DNA from: Antedon mediterranea
Taxonomy: Eukaryota; Animalia; Echinodermata
Direction of reading: 5' to 3'
Assembly: GCF_964355755.1 (NCBI RefSeq)
Contig: NC_092679.1
Coordinates: 3,254,201 to 3,318,200 of the forward strand
DNA length: 64,000 nt
The notes below the pieces were generated by a model. That model saw only the letters and a program-made list of their open reading frames with translations, was not told where the DNA came from and made no database searches. Positions 13,501-28,500 of the stretch are shown piece after piece. A program made the position numbers and the translations under genes. Each line of letters starts with the position of its first letter. Position 1 is the stretch's first letter.

Positions 13501-16500
13501 ATATTGATATAAGCAGTGAGTTAGGCAGAAAAACAAAAACAAAATTATGATTTAGACACTTTTGTTATGAGGCTGTCGATATCATCTATATACAAAAAAT
13601 GCTACCTTTAAGTAACAAAATGTAATAGCATTAATAGCTCTTCAGATTAAAATTAACACTGATGATTTTAGAAAAGGTAAGTAGCAATAAAAGAGAAAGA
13701 ACTTGTAACAAATGGGTTAAAAAATATACTATAAAAATGTATTTCTTATTTTATTTAAAAAATCATGAGTCTCCTCTCCTTAATTGCCTAAGTCACACAG
13801 CTGACTTAGGCAGAAACACAAAAAACGATCTGAGCATGTGCAAATGTATATAAAAGCACTCAGATAATGTACAGAGGGCAGTATAATGATATAAGCAGTG
13901 AGTTAGGCAGATCATAAGTAAGCTCTCCTTAATTGCCTAAGTCACACAGCTGACTTAGGCAGAAACACAACAAATATAGTATATTGATATAAGCAGTGAG
14001 TTAGGCAAAAAAACAAAAACAAAATTATGATTTAGACACTTTTGTTATGAGGCTGTCGATATCATCTATATACAAAAAATGCTACCTTTAAGTAACAAAA
14101 TGTAATAGCATTAATAGCTCTTCAGATTAAAATTAACACTGATGATTTTAGAAAAGGTAAGTAGCAATAAAAGAGAAAGAATTTGTAACAAATGGGTTAA
14201 AAAATATACTATAAAAATGTATTTCTTATTTTATTTAAAAAATCATGAGTCTCCTCTCCTTAATTGCCTAAGTCACACAGCTGACTTAGGCAGAAACACA
14301 AAAAAAGATCTGAACATGTGCAAATGTATATAAAAGCACTCAGATAATGTACAGAGGGCAGTATAATGATATAAGCAGTGAGTTAGGCAGATCATAAGTC
14401 AGCTCTCCTTAATTGCCTAAGTCACACAGCTGACTTAGGCAGAAACACAAAAAAATATAGTATATTGATATAAGCAGTGAGTTAGGCAGATCATAAGTCA
14501 GCTCTCCTTAATTGCCTAAGTCACACAGCTGATTTGGGCAGAAACACAACAAATATAGTATATTGATATAAGCAATGAGTTAGGCAGAAAAACAAAAACA
14601 AAATTATGACTTAGACACTTTTGTTATGAGGCTGTCGATATCATCTATATACAAAAAATGCTACCTTTAAGTAACAAAATTTAATAGCATTAGCTCTTCA
14701 GATTAAAATTAACACTTATGATTTTAGAAAAGGAAAGTAGCAATAAAAGAGAAAGAATTTGTAACAAATGGGTTAAAAAATATACTATAAAAATGTATTT
14801 CTTATTTTATTTAAAAAATCATGAGTCTCCTCTCCTTAATTGCCTAAGTCACACAGCTGACTTAGGCAGAAACACAAAAAACGATCTGAGCATGTGCAAA
14901 TAAATGCACTCAGATAATGTACAGAGGGCAGTATAATGATATAAGCAGTGAGTTAGGTAGATCATAAGTCAGCTCTCCTTAATTGCCTAAGTCACACAGC
15001 TGACTTAGGCAGAAACACACAAAGTATAGTATATTGATTTAAGCAGTGAGTTCGGCAGATCATAAGTCAGCTCTCCTTAATTGCCTAAGTCACACAGCTG
15101 ATTTGGGCAGAAACACGACAAATATAGTATATTGATATAAGCAGTGAGTTAGGCAGAAAAACAAAAACAAAATTATGACTTAGACACTTTTGTTATGAGG
15201 CTGTCGATATCATCTATATACAAAAAATGCTACCTTTAAGTAACAAAATTTAATAGCATTAGCTCTTCAGAGTCTCCTCTCCTTAATTGCCTAAGTCAGC
15301 TGTGTGACTTAGGCAGAAACACAAAAAACGACCTGAGCATGTGCAAATGTATATAAAAGCACTCAGATAATGTACAGAGGGCAGTATAATGATATAAGCA
15401 GTGAGTTAAGCAGATCATAAGTCAGCTCTCCTTAATTGCCTAAGTCACACAGCTGACTTAGGCAGAAACACACAAAATATAGTATATTGATTTAAGCAGT
15501 GAGTTCGGCAGATCATAAGTCAGCTCTCCTTAATTGCCTAAGTCACACAGCTGACTTAGGCAGAAACACAACAAATATAGTATATTGATATAAGCAGTGA
15601 GTTAGGCAGAAAAACAAAAACAAAATTATGATTTGCTGATAACATCTATATACAAAAAATGCTACCTTTAAGTAACAAAATGTAATAGCATTAATAGCTC
15701 TTCAGATTAAAATTAACACTGATGATTTTAGAAAAGGTAAGTAGCAATAAAAGAGAAAGAATTTGTAACAAATGGGTTAAAAAATATACTATAAAAATGT
15801 ATTTCTTATTTTATTTAAAAAATCATGAGTCTCCTCTCCTTAATTGCCTAAGTCACACAGCTGACTTAGGCAGAAACACAAAAAACGATCTGAGCATGTG
15901 CAAATGTATATAAAAGCACTCAGAAAATGTACAGAGGGCAGTATAATGATATAAGCAGTGAGTTAGGTAGATCATAAGTCAGCTCTCCTTAATTGCCTAA
16001 GTCACACAGCTGACTTAGGCAGAAACACAACAAATATAGTATATTGATATAAGCAGTGAGTTAGGCAGAAAAACAAAAACAAAATTATGATTTAGACACT
16101 TTTGTTATGAGGCTGTCGATATCATCTATATACAAAAAATGCTACCTTTAAGTAACAAAATGTAATAGCATTAATAGCTCTTCAGATTAAAATTAACACT
16201 TATGATTTTAGAAAAGGTAAGTAGCAATAAAAGAGAAAGAATTTGTAACAAATGGGTTAAAAAATATACTATAAAAATGTATTTCTTATTTTATTTAAAA
16301 AATCATGAGTCTCCTCTCCTTAATTGCCTACAGAAACACAAAAAACGATCTGAGCATGTGCAAATGTATATAAAAGCACTCAGATAATGTACAGAGGGCA
16401 GTATAATGATATAAGCAGTGAGTTAGGCAGATCATAAGTAAGCTCTCCTTAATTGCCTAAGTCACACAGCTGACTTAGGCAGAAACACAACAAATATAGT

Positions 16501-19500
16501 ATATTGATATAAGCAGTGAGTTAGGCAAAAAAACAAAAACAAAATTATGATTTAGACACTTTTGTTATGAGGCTGTCGATATCATCTATATACAAAAAAT
16601 GCTACCTTTAAGTAACAAAATGTAATAGCATTAATAGCTCTTCAGATTAAAATTAACACTGATGATTTTAGAAAAGGTAAGTAGCAATAAAAGAGAAAGA
16701 ATTTGTAACAAATGGGTTAAAAAATATACTATAAAAATGTATTTCTTATTTTATTTAAAAAATCATGAGTCTCCTCTCCTTAATTGCCTAAGTCACACAG
16801 CTGACTTAGGCAGAAACACAAAAAACGATCTGAACATGTGCAAATGTATATAAAAGCACTCAGATAATGTACAGAGGGCAGTATAATGATATAAGCAGTG
16901 AGTTAGGCAGATCATAAGTCAGCTCTCCTTAATTGCCTAAGTCACACAGCTGACTTAGGCAGAAACACAAAAAATATAGTATATTGATATAAGCAGTGAG
17001 TTAGGCAGATCATAAGTCAGCTCTCCTTAATTGCCTAAGTCACACAGCTGATTTGGGCAGAAACACAACAAATATAGTATATTGATATAAGGAGTGAGTT
17101 AGGCAGAAAAACAAAAACAAAATTATGACTTAGACACTTTTGTTATGAGGCTGTCGATATCATCTATATACAAAAAATGCTACCTTTAAGTAACAAAATT
17201 TAATAGCATTAGCTCTTCAGATTAAAATTAACACTTATGATTTTAGAAAAGGAAAGTAGCAATAAAAGAGAAAGAATTTGTAACAAATGGGTTAAAAAAT
17301 ATACTATAAAAATGTATTTCTTATTTTATTTAAAAAATCATGAGTCTCCTCTCCTTAATTGCCTAAGTCACACAGCTGACTTAGGCAGAAACACAAAAAA
17401 CGATCTGAGCATGTGCAAATAAATGCACTCAGATAATGTACAGAGGACAGTATAATGATATAAGCAGTGAGTTAGGTAGATCATAAGTCAGCTCTCCTTA
17501 ATTGCCTAAGTCACACAGCTGACTTAGGCAGAAACACACAAAGTATAGTATATTGATTTAAGCAGTGAGTTCGGCAGATCATAAGTCAGCTCTCCTTAAT
17601 TGCCTAAGTCACACAGCTGATTTGGGCAGAAACACAACAAATATAGTATATTGATATAAGCAGTGAGTTAGGCAGAAAACAAAAACAAAATTATGATTTA
17701 GACACTTTTGTTATGAGGCTGTCGATATCATCTATATACAAAAAATGCTACCTTTAAGTAACAAAATGTAATAGCATTAATAGCTCTTCAGATTAAAATT
17801 AACACTGATGATTTTAGAAAAGGTAAGTAGCAATAAAAGAGAAAGAATTTGTAACAAATGGGTTAAAAAATATACTATAAAAATGTATTTCTTATTTTAT
17901 TTAAAAAATCATGAGTCTCCTCTCCTTAATTGCCTAAGTCACACAGCTGACTTAGGCAGAAACACAAAAAACGATCTGAGCATGTGCAAATGTATATAAA
18001 AGCACTCAGAAAATGTACAGAGGGCAGTATAATGATATAAGCAGTGAGTTAGGTAGATCATAAGTCAGCTCTCCTTAATTGCCTAAGTCACACAGCTGAC
18101 TTAGGCAGAAACACAACAAATATAGTATATTGATATAAGCAGTGAGTTAGGCAGAAAAACAAAAACAAAATTATGATTTAGACACTTTTGTTATGAGGCT
18201 GTCGATATCATCTATATACAAAAAATGCTACCTTTAAGTAACAAAATGTAATAGCATTAATAGCTCTTCAGATTAAAATTAACACTGATGATTTTAGAAA
18301 AGGTAAGTAGCAATAAAAGAGAAAGAATTTGTAACAAATGGGTTAAAAAATATACTATAAAAATGTATTTCTTATTTTATTTAAAAAATCATGAGTCTCC
18401 TCTCCTTAATTGCCTAAGTCACACAGCTGACTTAGGCAGAAACACAAAAAACGATCTGAGCATGTGCAAATGTATATAAAAGCACTCAGAAAATGTACAG
18501 AGGGCAGTATAATGATATAAGCAGTGAGTTAGGTAGATCATAAGTCAGCTATCCTTAATTGCCTAAGTCACACAGCTGACTTAGGCAGAAACACAACAAA
18601 TATAGTATATTGATATAAGCAGTGAGTTAGGCAGAAAAACAAAAACAAAATTATGATTTAGACACTTTTGTTATGAGGCTGTCGATATCATCTATATACA
18701 AAAAATGCTACCTTTAAGTAACAAAATGTAATAGCATTAATAGCTCTTCAGATTAAAATTAACACTTATGATTTTAGAAAAGGTAAGTAGCAATAAAAGA
18801 GAAAGAATTTGTAACAAATGGGTTAAAAAATATACTATAAAAATGTATTTCTTATTTTATTTAAAAAATCATGAGTCTCCTCTCCTTAATTGCCTAAGTC
18901 ACACAGCTGACTTAGGCAGAAACACAAAAAACGATCTGAGCATGTGCAAATGTATATAAAAGCACTCGGATAATGTACAGAGGGCAGTATAATGATATAA
19001 GCAGTGAGTTAGGCAGATCATAAGTAAGCTCTCCTTAATTGCCTAAGTCACACAGCTGACTTAGGCAGAAACACAACAAATATAGTATATTGATATAAGC
19101 AGTGAGTTAGGCAAAAAAACAAAAACAAAATTATGATTTAGACACTTTTGTTATGAGGCTGTCGATATCATCTATATACAAAAAATGCTACCTTTAAGTA
19201 ACAAAATGTAATAGCATTAATAGCTCTTCAGATTAAAATTAACACTGATGATTTTAGAAAAGGTAAGTAGCAATAAAAGAGAAAGAATTTGTAACAAATG
19301 GGTTAAAAAATATACTATAAAAATGTATTTCTTATTTTATTTAAAAAATCATGAGTCTCCTCTCTTTAATTGCCTAAGTCACACAGCTGACTTAGGCAGA
19401 AACACAAAAAACGATCTGAACATGTGCAAATGTATATAAAAGCACTCAGATAATGTACAGAGGGCAGTATAATGATATAAGCAGTGAGTTAGGCAGATCA

Positions 19501-22500
19501 TAAGTCAGCTCTCCTTAATTGCCTAAGTCACACAGCTGACTTAGGCAGAAACACAAAAAATATAGTATATTGATATAAGCAGTGAGTTAGGCAGATCATA
19601 AGTCAGCTCTCCTTAATTGCCTAAGTCACACAGCTGATTTGGGCAGAAACACAACAAATATAGTATATTGATATAAGCAGTGAGTTAGGCAGAAAAACAA
19701 AAACAAAATTATGACTTAGACACTTTTGTTATGAGGCTGTCGATATCATCTATATACAAAAAATGCTACCTTTAAGTAACAAAATTTAATAGCATTAATA
19801 GCTCTTCAGATTAAAATTAACACTGATGATTTTAGAAAAGGTAAGTAGCAATAAAAGAGAAAGAATTTGTAACAAATGGGTTAAAAAATATACTATAAAA
19901 ATGTATTTCTTATTTTATTTAAAAAATCATGAGTCTCCTCTCCTTAATTGCCTAAGTCACACAGCTGACTTAGGCAGAAACACAAAAAACGATCTGAACA
20001 TGTGCAAATGTATATAAAAGCACTCAGATAATGTACAGAGGGCAGTATAATGATATAAGCAGTGAGTTAGGCAGATCATAAGTCAGCTCTCCTTAATTGC
20101 CTAAGTCACACAGCTGACTTAGGCAGAAACACAAAAAATATAGTATATTGATATAAGCAGTGAGTTAGGCAGATCATAAGTCAGCTCTCCTTAATTGCCT
20201 AAGTCACACAGCTGATTTGGGCAGAAACACAACAAATATAGTATATTGATATAAGCAGTGAGTTAGGCAGAAAAACAAAAACAAAATTATGACTTAGACA
20301 CTTTTGTTATGAGGCTGTCGATATCATCTATATACAAAAAATGCTACCTTTAAGTAACAAAATTTAATAGCATTAGCTCTTCAGATTAAAATTAACACTT
20401 ATGATTTTAGAAAAGGAAAGTAGCAATAAAAGAGAAAGAATTTGTAACAAATGGGTTAAAAAATATACTATAAAAATGTATTTCTTATTTTATTTAAAAA
20501 ATCATGAGTCTCCTCTCCTTAATTGCCTAAGTCACACAGCTGACTTAGGCAGAAACACAAAAAACGATCTGAGCATGTGCAAATAAATGCACTCAGATAA
20601 TGTACAGAGGGCAGTATAATGATATAAGCAGTGAGTTAGGTAGATCATAAGTCAGCTCTCCTTAATTGCCTAAGTCACACAGCTGACTTAGGCAGAAACA
20701 CACAAAGTATAGTATATTGATTTAAGCAGTGAGTTCGGCAGATCATAAGTCAGCTCTCCTTAATTGCCTAAGTCACACAGCTGATTTGGGCAGAAACACA
20801 ACAAATATAGTATATTGATATAAGCAGTGAGTTAGGCAGAAAAACAAAAACAAAATTATGACTTAGACACTTTTGTTATGAGGCTGTCGATATCATCTAT
20901 ATACAAAAAATGCTACCTTTAAGTAACAAAATTTAATAGCATTAGCTCTTCAGATTAAAATTAACACTTATGATTTTAGAAAAGGAAAGTAGCAATAAAA
21001 GAGAAAGAATTTGTAACAAATGGGTTAAAAAATATACTATAAAAATGTATTTCTTATTTTATTTAAAAAATCATGAGTCTCCTCTCCTTAATTGCCTAAG
21101 TCACACAGCTGACTTAGGCAGAAACACAAAAAACGATCTGAACATGTGCAAATGTATATAAAAGCACTCAGATAATGTACAGAGGGCAGTATAATGATAT
21201 AAGCAGTGAGTTAGGCAGATCATAAGTCAGCTCTCCTTAATTGCCTAAGTCACACAGCTGACTTAGGCAGAAACACAAAAAATATAGTATATTGATATAA
21301 GCAGTGAGTTAGGCAGATCATAAGTCAGCTCTCCTTAATTGCCTAAGTCACACAGCTGATTTGGGCAGAAACACAACAAATATAGTATATTGATATAAGC
21401 AGTGAGTTAGGCAGAAAAACAAAAACAAAATTATGACTTAGACACTTTTGTTATGAGGCTGTCGATATCATCTATATACAAAAAATGCTACCTTTAAGTA
21501 ACAAAATTTAATAGCATTAGCTCTTCAGATTAAAATTAACACTTATGATTTTAGAAAAGGAAAGTAGCAATAAAAGAGAAAGAATTTGTAACAAATGGGT
21601 TAAAAAATATACTATAAAAATGTATTTCTTATTTTATTTAAAAAATCATGAGTCTCCTCTCCTTAATTGCCTAAGTCACACAGCTGACTTAGGCAGAAAC
21701 ACAAAAAACGATCTGAGCATGTGCAAATGTATATAAAAGCACTCAGAAAATGTACAGAGGGCAGTATAATGATATAAGCAGTGAGTTAGGTAGATCATAA
21801 GTCAGCTCTCCTTAATTGCCTAAGTCACACAGCTGACTTAGGCAGAAACACAACAAATATAGTATATTGATATAAGCAGTGAGTTAGGCAGAAAAACAAA
21901 AACAAAATTATGATTTAGACACTTTTGTTATGAGGCTGTCGATATCATCTATATACAAAAAATGCTACCTTTAAGTAACAAAATGTAATAGCATTAATAG
22001 CTCTTCAGATTAAAATTAACACTGATGATTTTAGAAAAGGTAAGTAGCAATAAAAGAGAAAGAATTTGTAACAAATGGGTTAAAAAATATACTATAAAAA
22101 TGTATTTCTTATTTTATTTAAAAAATCATGAGTCTCCTCTCCTTAATTGCCTAAGTCACACAGCTGACTTAGGCAGAAACACAAAAAACGATCTGAGCAT
22201 GTGCAAATGTATATAAAAGCACTCAGATAATGTACAGAGGGCAGTATAATGATATAAGCAGTGAGTTAGGCAGATCATAAGTCAGCTCTCCTTAATTGCC
22301 TAAGTCACACAGCTGACTTAGGCAGAAACACAAAAAATATAGTATATTGATATAAGCAGTGAGTTAGGCAGATCATAAGTCAGCTCTCCTTAATTGCCTA
22401 AGTCACACAGCTGATTTGGGCAGAAACACAACAAATATAGTATATTGATATAAGCAGTGAGTTAGGCAGAAAAACAAAAACAAAATTATGACTTAGACAC

Positions 22501-25500
22501 TTTTGTTATGAGGCTGTCGATATCATCTATATACAAAAAATGCTACCTTTAAGTAACAAAATTTAATAGCATTAGCTCTTCAGATTAAAATTAACACTTA
22601 TGATTTTAGAAAAGGAAAGTAGCAATAAAAAAGAAAGAATTTGTAACAAATGGGTTAAAAAATATACTATAAAAATGTATTTCTTATTTTATTTAAAAAA
22701 TCATGAGTCTCCTCTCCTTAATTGCCTAAGTCACACAGCTGACTTAGGCAGAAACACAAAAAACGATCTGAGCATGTGCAAATAAATGCACTCAGATAAT
22801 GTACAGAGGGCAGTATAATGATATAAGCAGTGAGTTAGGCAGATCATAAGTCAGCTCTCCTTAATTGCCTAAGTCACACAGCTGACTTAGGCAGAAACAC
22901 AAAAAATATAGTATATTGATATAAGCAGTGAGTTAGGCAGATCATAAGTCAGCTCTCCTTAATTGCCTAAGTCACACAGCTGATTTGGGCAGAAACACAA
23001 CAAATATAGTATATTGATATAAGCAGTGAGTTAGGCAGAAAAACAAAAACAAAATTATGACTTAGACACTTTTGTTATGAGGCTGTCGATATCATCTATA
23101 TACAAAAAAATGCTACCTTTAAGTAACAAAATTTAATAGCATTAGCTCTTCAGATTAAAATTAACACTGATGATTTTAGAAAAGGAAAGTAGCAATAAAA
23201 GAGAAAGAATTTGTAACAAATGGGTTAAAAAATATACTATAAAAATGTATTTCTTATTTTATTTAAAAAATCATGAGTCTCCTCTCCTTAATTGCCTAAG
23301 TCAGCTGTGTGACTTAGGCAGAAACAAAAAAAACGATCTGATCATGTGCAAATGTATATAAAAGCACTCAGAAAATGTACAGAGGGCAGTATAATGATAT
23401 AAGCAGTGAGTTAGGTAGATCATAAATCAGCTCTCCTTAATTGCCTAAGTCACACAGCTGACTTAGGCAGAAACACAACAAATATAGTATATTGATATAA
23501 GCAGTGAGTTAGGCAGAAAAACAAAAACAAAATTATGATTTAGACACTTTTGTTATGAGGCTGTCGATATCATCTATATACAAAAAATGCTACCTTTAAG
23601 TAACAAAATGTAATAGCATTAATAGCTCTTCAGATTAAAATTAACACTGATGATTTTAGAAAAGGTAAGTAGCAATAAAGAGAGAAAGAAATTGTAACAA
23701 ATGGGTTAAAAAATATACTATAAAAATGTATTTCTTATTTTATTTAAAAAATCATGAGTCTCCTCTCCTTAATTGCCTAAGTCACACAGCTGACTTAGGC
23801 AGAAACACAAAAAACGATCTGAGCATGTGCAAATGTATATAAAAGCACTCAGATAATGTACAGAGGGCAGTATAATGATATAAGCAGTGAGTTAGGCAGA
23901 TCATAAGTCAGCTCTCCTTAATTGCCTAAGTCAAACAGCTGACTTAGGCAGAAACACAAAAAATATAGTATATTGATATAAGCAGTGAGTTAGGCAGATC
24001 ATAAGTCAGCTCTCCTTAATTGCCTAAGTCACACAGCTGATTTGGGCAGAAACACAACAAATATAGTATATTGATATAAGCAGTGAGTTAGGCAGAAAAA
24101 CAAAAACAAAATTATGACTTAGACACTTTTGTTATGAGGCTGTCGATATCATCTATATACAAAAAAATGCTACCTTTAAGTAACAAAATTTAATAGCATT
24201 AGCTCTTCAGATTAAAATTAACACTTATGATTTTAGAAAAGGAAAGTAGCAATAAAAGAGAAAGAATTTGTAACAAATGGGTTAAAAAATATACTATAAA
24301 AATGTATTTCTTATTTTATTAAAAAAATCATGAGTCTCCTCTCCTTAATTGCCTAAGTCAGCTGTGGGACTTAGGCAGAAACACAAAAAACTATCTGAGC
24401 ATGTGCAAATGTATATAAAAGCACTAAGAAAATGTACAGAGGGCAGTATAATGATATAAGCAGTGAGTTAGGTAGATCATAAGTCAGCTCTCCTTAATTG
24501 CCTAAGTCACACAGCTGATTTTGGCAGAAACACAACAAATATAGTATATTGATATAAGCAGTGAGTTAGGCAGAAAAACAAAAACAAAATTATGACTTAG
24601 ACACTTTTGTTATGAGGCTGTCGATATCATCTATATACAAAAAATGCTACCTTTAAGTAACAAAATTTAATAGCATTAGCTCTTCAGATTAAAATTAAAA
24701 CTGATGATTTTAGAAAAGGAAAGTAGCAATAAAAGAGAAAGAATTTGTAACAAATGGGTTAAAAAATATACTATAAAAATGTATTTCTTATTTTATTAAA
24801 AAAATCATGAGTCTCCTCTCCTTAATTGCCTAAGTCACACAGCTGACTTAGGCAGAAACACAAAAAACGATCTGAGCATGTGCAAATGTATATAAAAGCA
24901 CTCAGATAATGTACAGAGGGCAGTATAATGATATAAGCAGTGAGTTAGGCAGATCATAAGTCAGCTCTCCTTAATTGCCTAAGTCACACAGCTGACTTAG
25001 GCAGAAACACAAAAAATATAGTATATTGATATAAGCAGTGAGTTAGGGAGATCATAAGTCAGCTCTCCTTAATTGCCTAAGTCACACAGCTGATTTGGGC
25101 AGAAACACAACAAATATAGTATATTGATATAAGCAGTGAGTTAGGCAGAAAAACAAAAACAAAATTATGACTTAGACACTTTTGTTATGAGGCTGTCGAT
25201 ATCATCTATATACAAAAAATGCTACCTTTAAGTAACAAAATTTAATAGCATTAGCTCTTCAGATTAAAATTAACACTGATGATTTTAGAAAAGGAAAGTA
25301 GCAATAAAAGAGAAAGAATTTGTAACAAATGGGTTAAAAAATATACTATAAAAATGCATTTCTTATTTTATTTAAAAAATCATGAGTCTCCTCTCCTTAA
25401 TTTCCTAAGTCAGCTGTGTGACTTAGGCAGAAACACAAAAAACGATCTGAGCATGTGCAAATGTATATAAAAGCACTCAGAAAATGTACAGAGGGCAGAA

Positions 25501-28500
25501 TAATGATATAAGCAGTGAGTTAGGTAGATCATAAGTCAGCTCTCCTTAATTGCCTAAGTCACACAGCTGACTTAGACAGAAACACAACAAATATAGTATA
25601 TTGATATAAGCAGTGAGTTAGGCAGAAAAACAAAAACAAAATTATGATTTAGACACTTTTGTTATGAGGCTGTCGATATCATCTATATACAAAAAATGCT
25701 ACCTTTAAGTAACAAAATGTAATAGCATTAGCTCTTCGGATTAAAATTAACACTGATGATTTTAGAAAAGGAAAGTAGCAATAAAAGAGAAAGAATTTGT
25801 AACAAATGGGTTAAAAAATATACTATAAAAATGTATTTCTTATTTTATTTAAAAAATCATGAGTCTTATCTCCTTAATTGCCTAAGTCACACAGCTGACT
25901 TAGGCAGAAACCCAAATAACGATCTGAGCATGTGCAAATAAAAGCACTCAGATAATGTACAGAGGGCAGTATAATGATATGATATAAGCAGTGAGTTAGG
26001 CAGATCATAAGTCAGCTCTCCTTAATTGCCTAAGTCAAACAGCTGACTTAGGCAGAAACACAAAAAAATATAGTATATTGATATAAGCAGTGAGTTAGGC
26101 AGATCATAAGTCAGCTCTCCTTAATTGCCTAAGTCACACAGCTGATTTGGACAGAAACACAACAAATAGAGTATATTGATATTAGCAGTGAGTTAGGCAG
26201 AAAAACAAAAACAAAATTATGACTTAGACACTTTTGTTATGAGGCTGTCGATATCATCTATATACAAAAAATGCTACCTTTAAGTAACAAAATTTAATAG
26301 CATTAGCTCTTCAGATTAAAATTAACACTGATGATTTTAGAAAAGGAAAGTAGCAATAAAAGAGAAAGAATTTGTAACAAATGGGTTAAAAAATATACTA
26401 TAAAAATGTATTTCTTATTTTATTTAAAAAATCATGAGTCTCCTCTCCTTAATTGCCTAAGTCAGCTGTGTGACTTAGGCAGAAACAAAAAAAACGATCT
26501 GAGCATGTGCAAATGTATATAAAAGCACTCAGAAAATGTACAGAGGGCAGTATAATGATATAAGCAGTGAGTTAGGTAGATCATAAGTCAGCTCTCCTTA
26601 ATTGCCTAAGTCACACAGCTGACTTAGGCAGAAACACAACAAATATAGTATATTGATATAAGCAGTGAGTTAGGCAGAAAAACAAAAACAAAATTATGAT
26701 TTAGACACTTTTGTTATGAGGCTGTCGATATCATCTATATACAAAAAATGCTACCTTTAAGTAACAGAATGTAATAGCATTAATAGCTCTTCAGATTAAA
26801 ATTAACACTGATGATTTTAGAAAAGGTAAGTAGCAATAAAAGAGAAAGAATTTGTAACAAATGGGTTAAAAAATATACTATAAAAATGTATTTCTTATTT
26901 TATTTAAAAAATCATGAGTCTCCTCTCCTTAATTGCCTAAGTCACACAGCTGACTTAGGCAGAAACACAAAAAACGATCTGAGCATGTGCAAATGTATAT
27001 AAAAGCACTCAGATAATGTACAGAGGGCAGTATAATGATATAAGCAGTGAGTTAGGCAGATCATAAGTCAGCTCTCCTTAATTGCCTAAGTCAAACAGCT
27101 GACTTAGGCAGAAACACAAAAAATATAGTATATTGATATAAGCAGTGAGTTAGGCAGATCATAAGTCAGCTCTCCTTAATTGCCTAAGTCACACAGCTGA
27201 TTTGGGCAGAAACACAACAAATATAGTATATTGATATAAGCAGTGAGTTAGGCAGAAAAACAAAAACAAAATTATGACTTATACACTTTTGTTATGAGGC
27301 TGTCGATATCATCTATATACAAAAAAATGCTACCTTTAAGTAACAAAATTTAATAGCATTAGCTCTTCAGATTAAAATTAACACTTATGATTTTAGAAAA
27401 GGAAAGTAGCAATAAAAGAGAAAGAATTTGTAACAAATGGATTAAAAAATATACTATAAAAATGTATTTCTTATTTTATTAAAAAAATCATGAGTCTCCT
27501 CTCCTTAATTGCCTAAGTCAGCTGTGGGACTTAGGCAGAAACACAAAAAACTATCTGAGCATGTGCAAATGTATATAAAAGCACTCAGAAAATGTACAGA
27601 GGGCAGTATAATGATATAAGCAGTGAGTTAGGTAGATCATAAGTCAGCTCTCCTTAATTGCCTAAGTCACACAGCTGATTTTGGCAGAAACACAACAAAT
27701 ATAGTATATTGATATAAGCAGTGAGTTAGGCAGAAAAACAAAAACAAAATTATGACTTAGACACTTTTGTTATGAGGCTGTCGATATCATCTATATACAA
27801 AAAATGCTACCTTTAAGTAACAAAATTTAATAGCATTAGCTCTTCAGATTAAAATTAAAACTGATGATTTTAGAAAAGGAAAGTAGCAATAAAAGAGAAA
27901 GAATTTGTAACAAATGGGTTAAAAAATATACTATAAAAATGTATTTCTTATTTTATTTAAAAAATCATGAGTCTCCTCTCCTTAATTGCCTAAGTCACAC
28001 AGCTGACTTAGGCAGAAACACAAAAAACGATCTGAGCATGTGCAAATGTATATAAAAGCACTCAGATAATGTACAGAGGGCAGTATAATGATATAAGCAG
28101 TGAGTTAGGCAGATCATAAGTCAGCTCTCCTTAATTGCCTAAGTCACACAGCTGACTTAGGCAGAAACACAAAAAATATAGTATATTGATATAAGCAGTG
28201 AGTTAGGGAGATCATAAGTCAGCTCTCCTTAATTGCCTAAGTCACACAGCTGATTTGGGCAGAAACACAACAAATATAGTATATTGATATAAGCAGTGAG
28301 TTAGGCAGAAAAACAAAAACAAAATTATGACTTAGACACTTTTGTTATGAGGCTGTCGATATCATCTATATACAAAAAATGCTACCTTTAAGTAACAAAA
28401 TTTAATAGCATTAGCTCTTCAGATTAAAATTAACACTGATGATTTTAGAAAAGGAAAGTAGCAATAAAAGAGAAAGAATTTGTAACAAATGCGTTAAAAA

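Noticed and set aside
7830-28055. Repeated 61-63-aa ORF (MILEKESSNKRERICNKW...) as a multicopy peptide gene
   Set aside because: A by-product of the satellite: no recognisable domain, and stops, frameshifts and deletions occur freely among copies.
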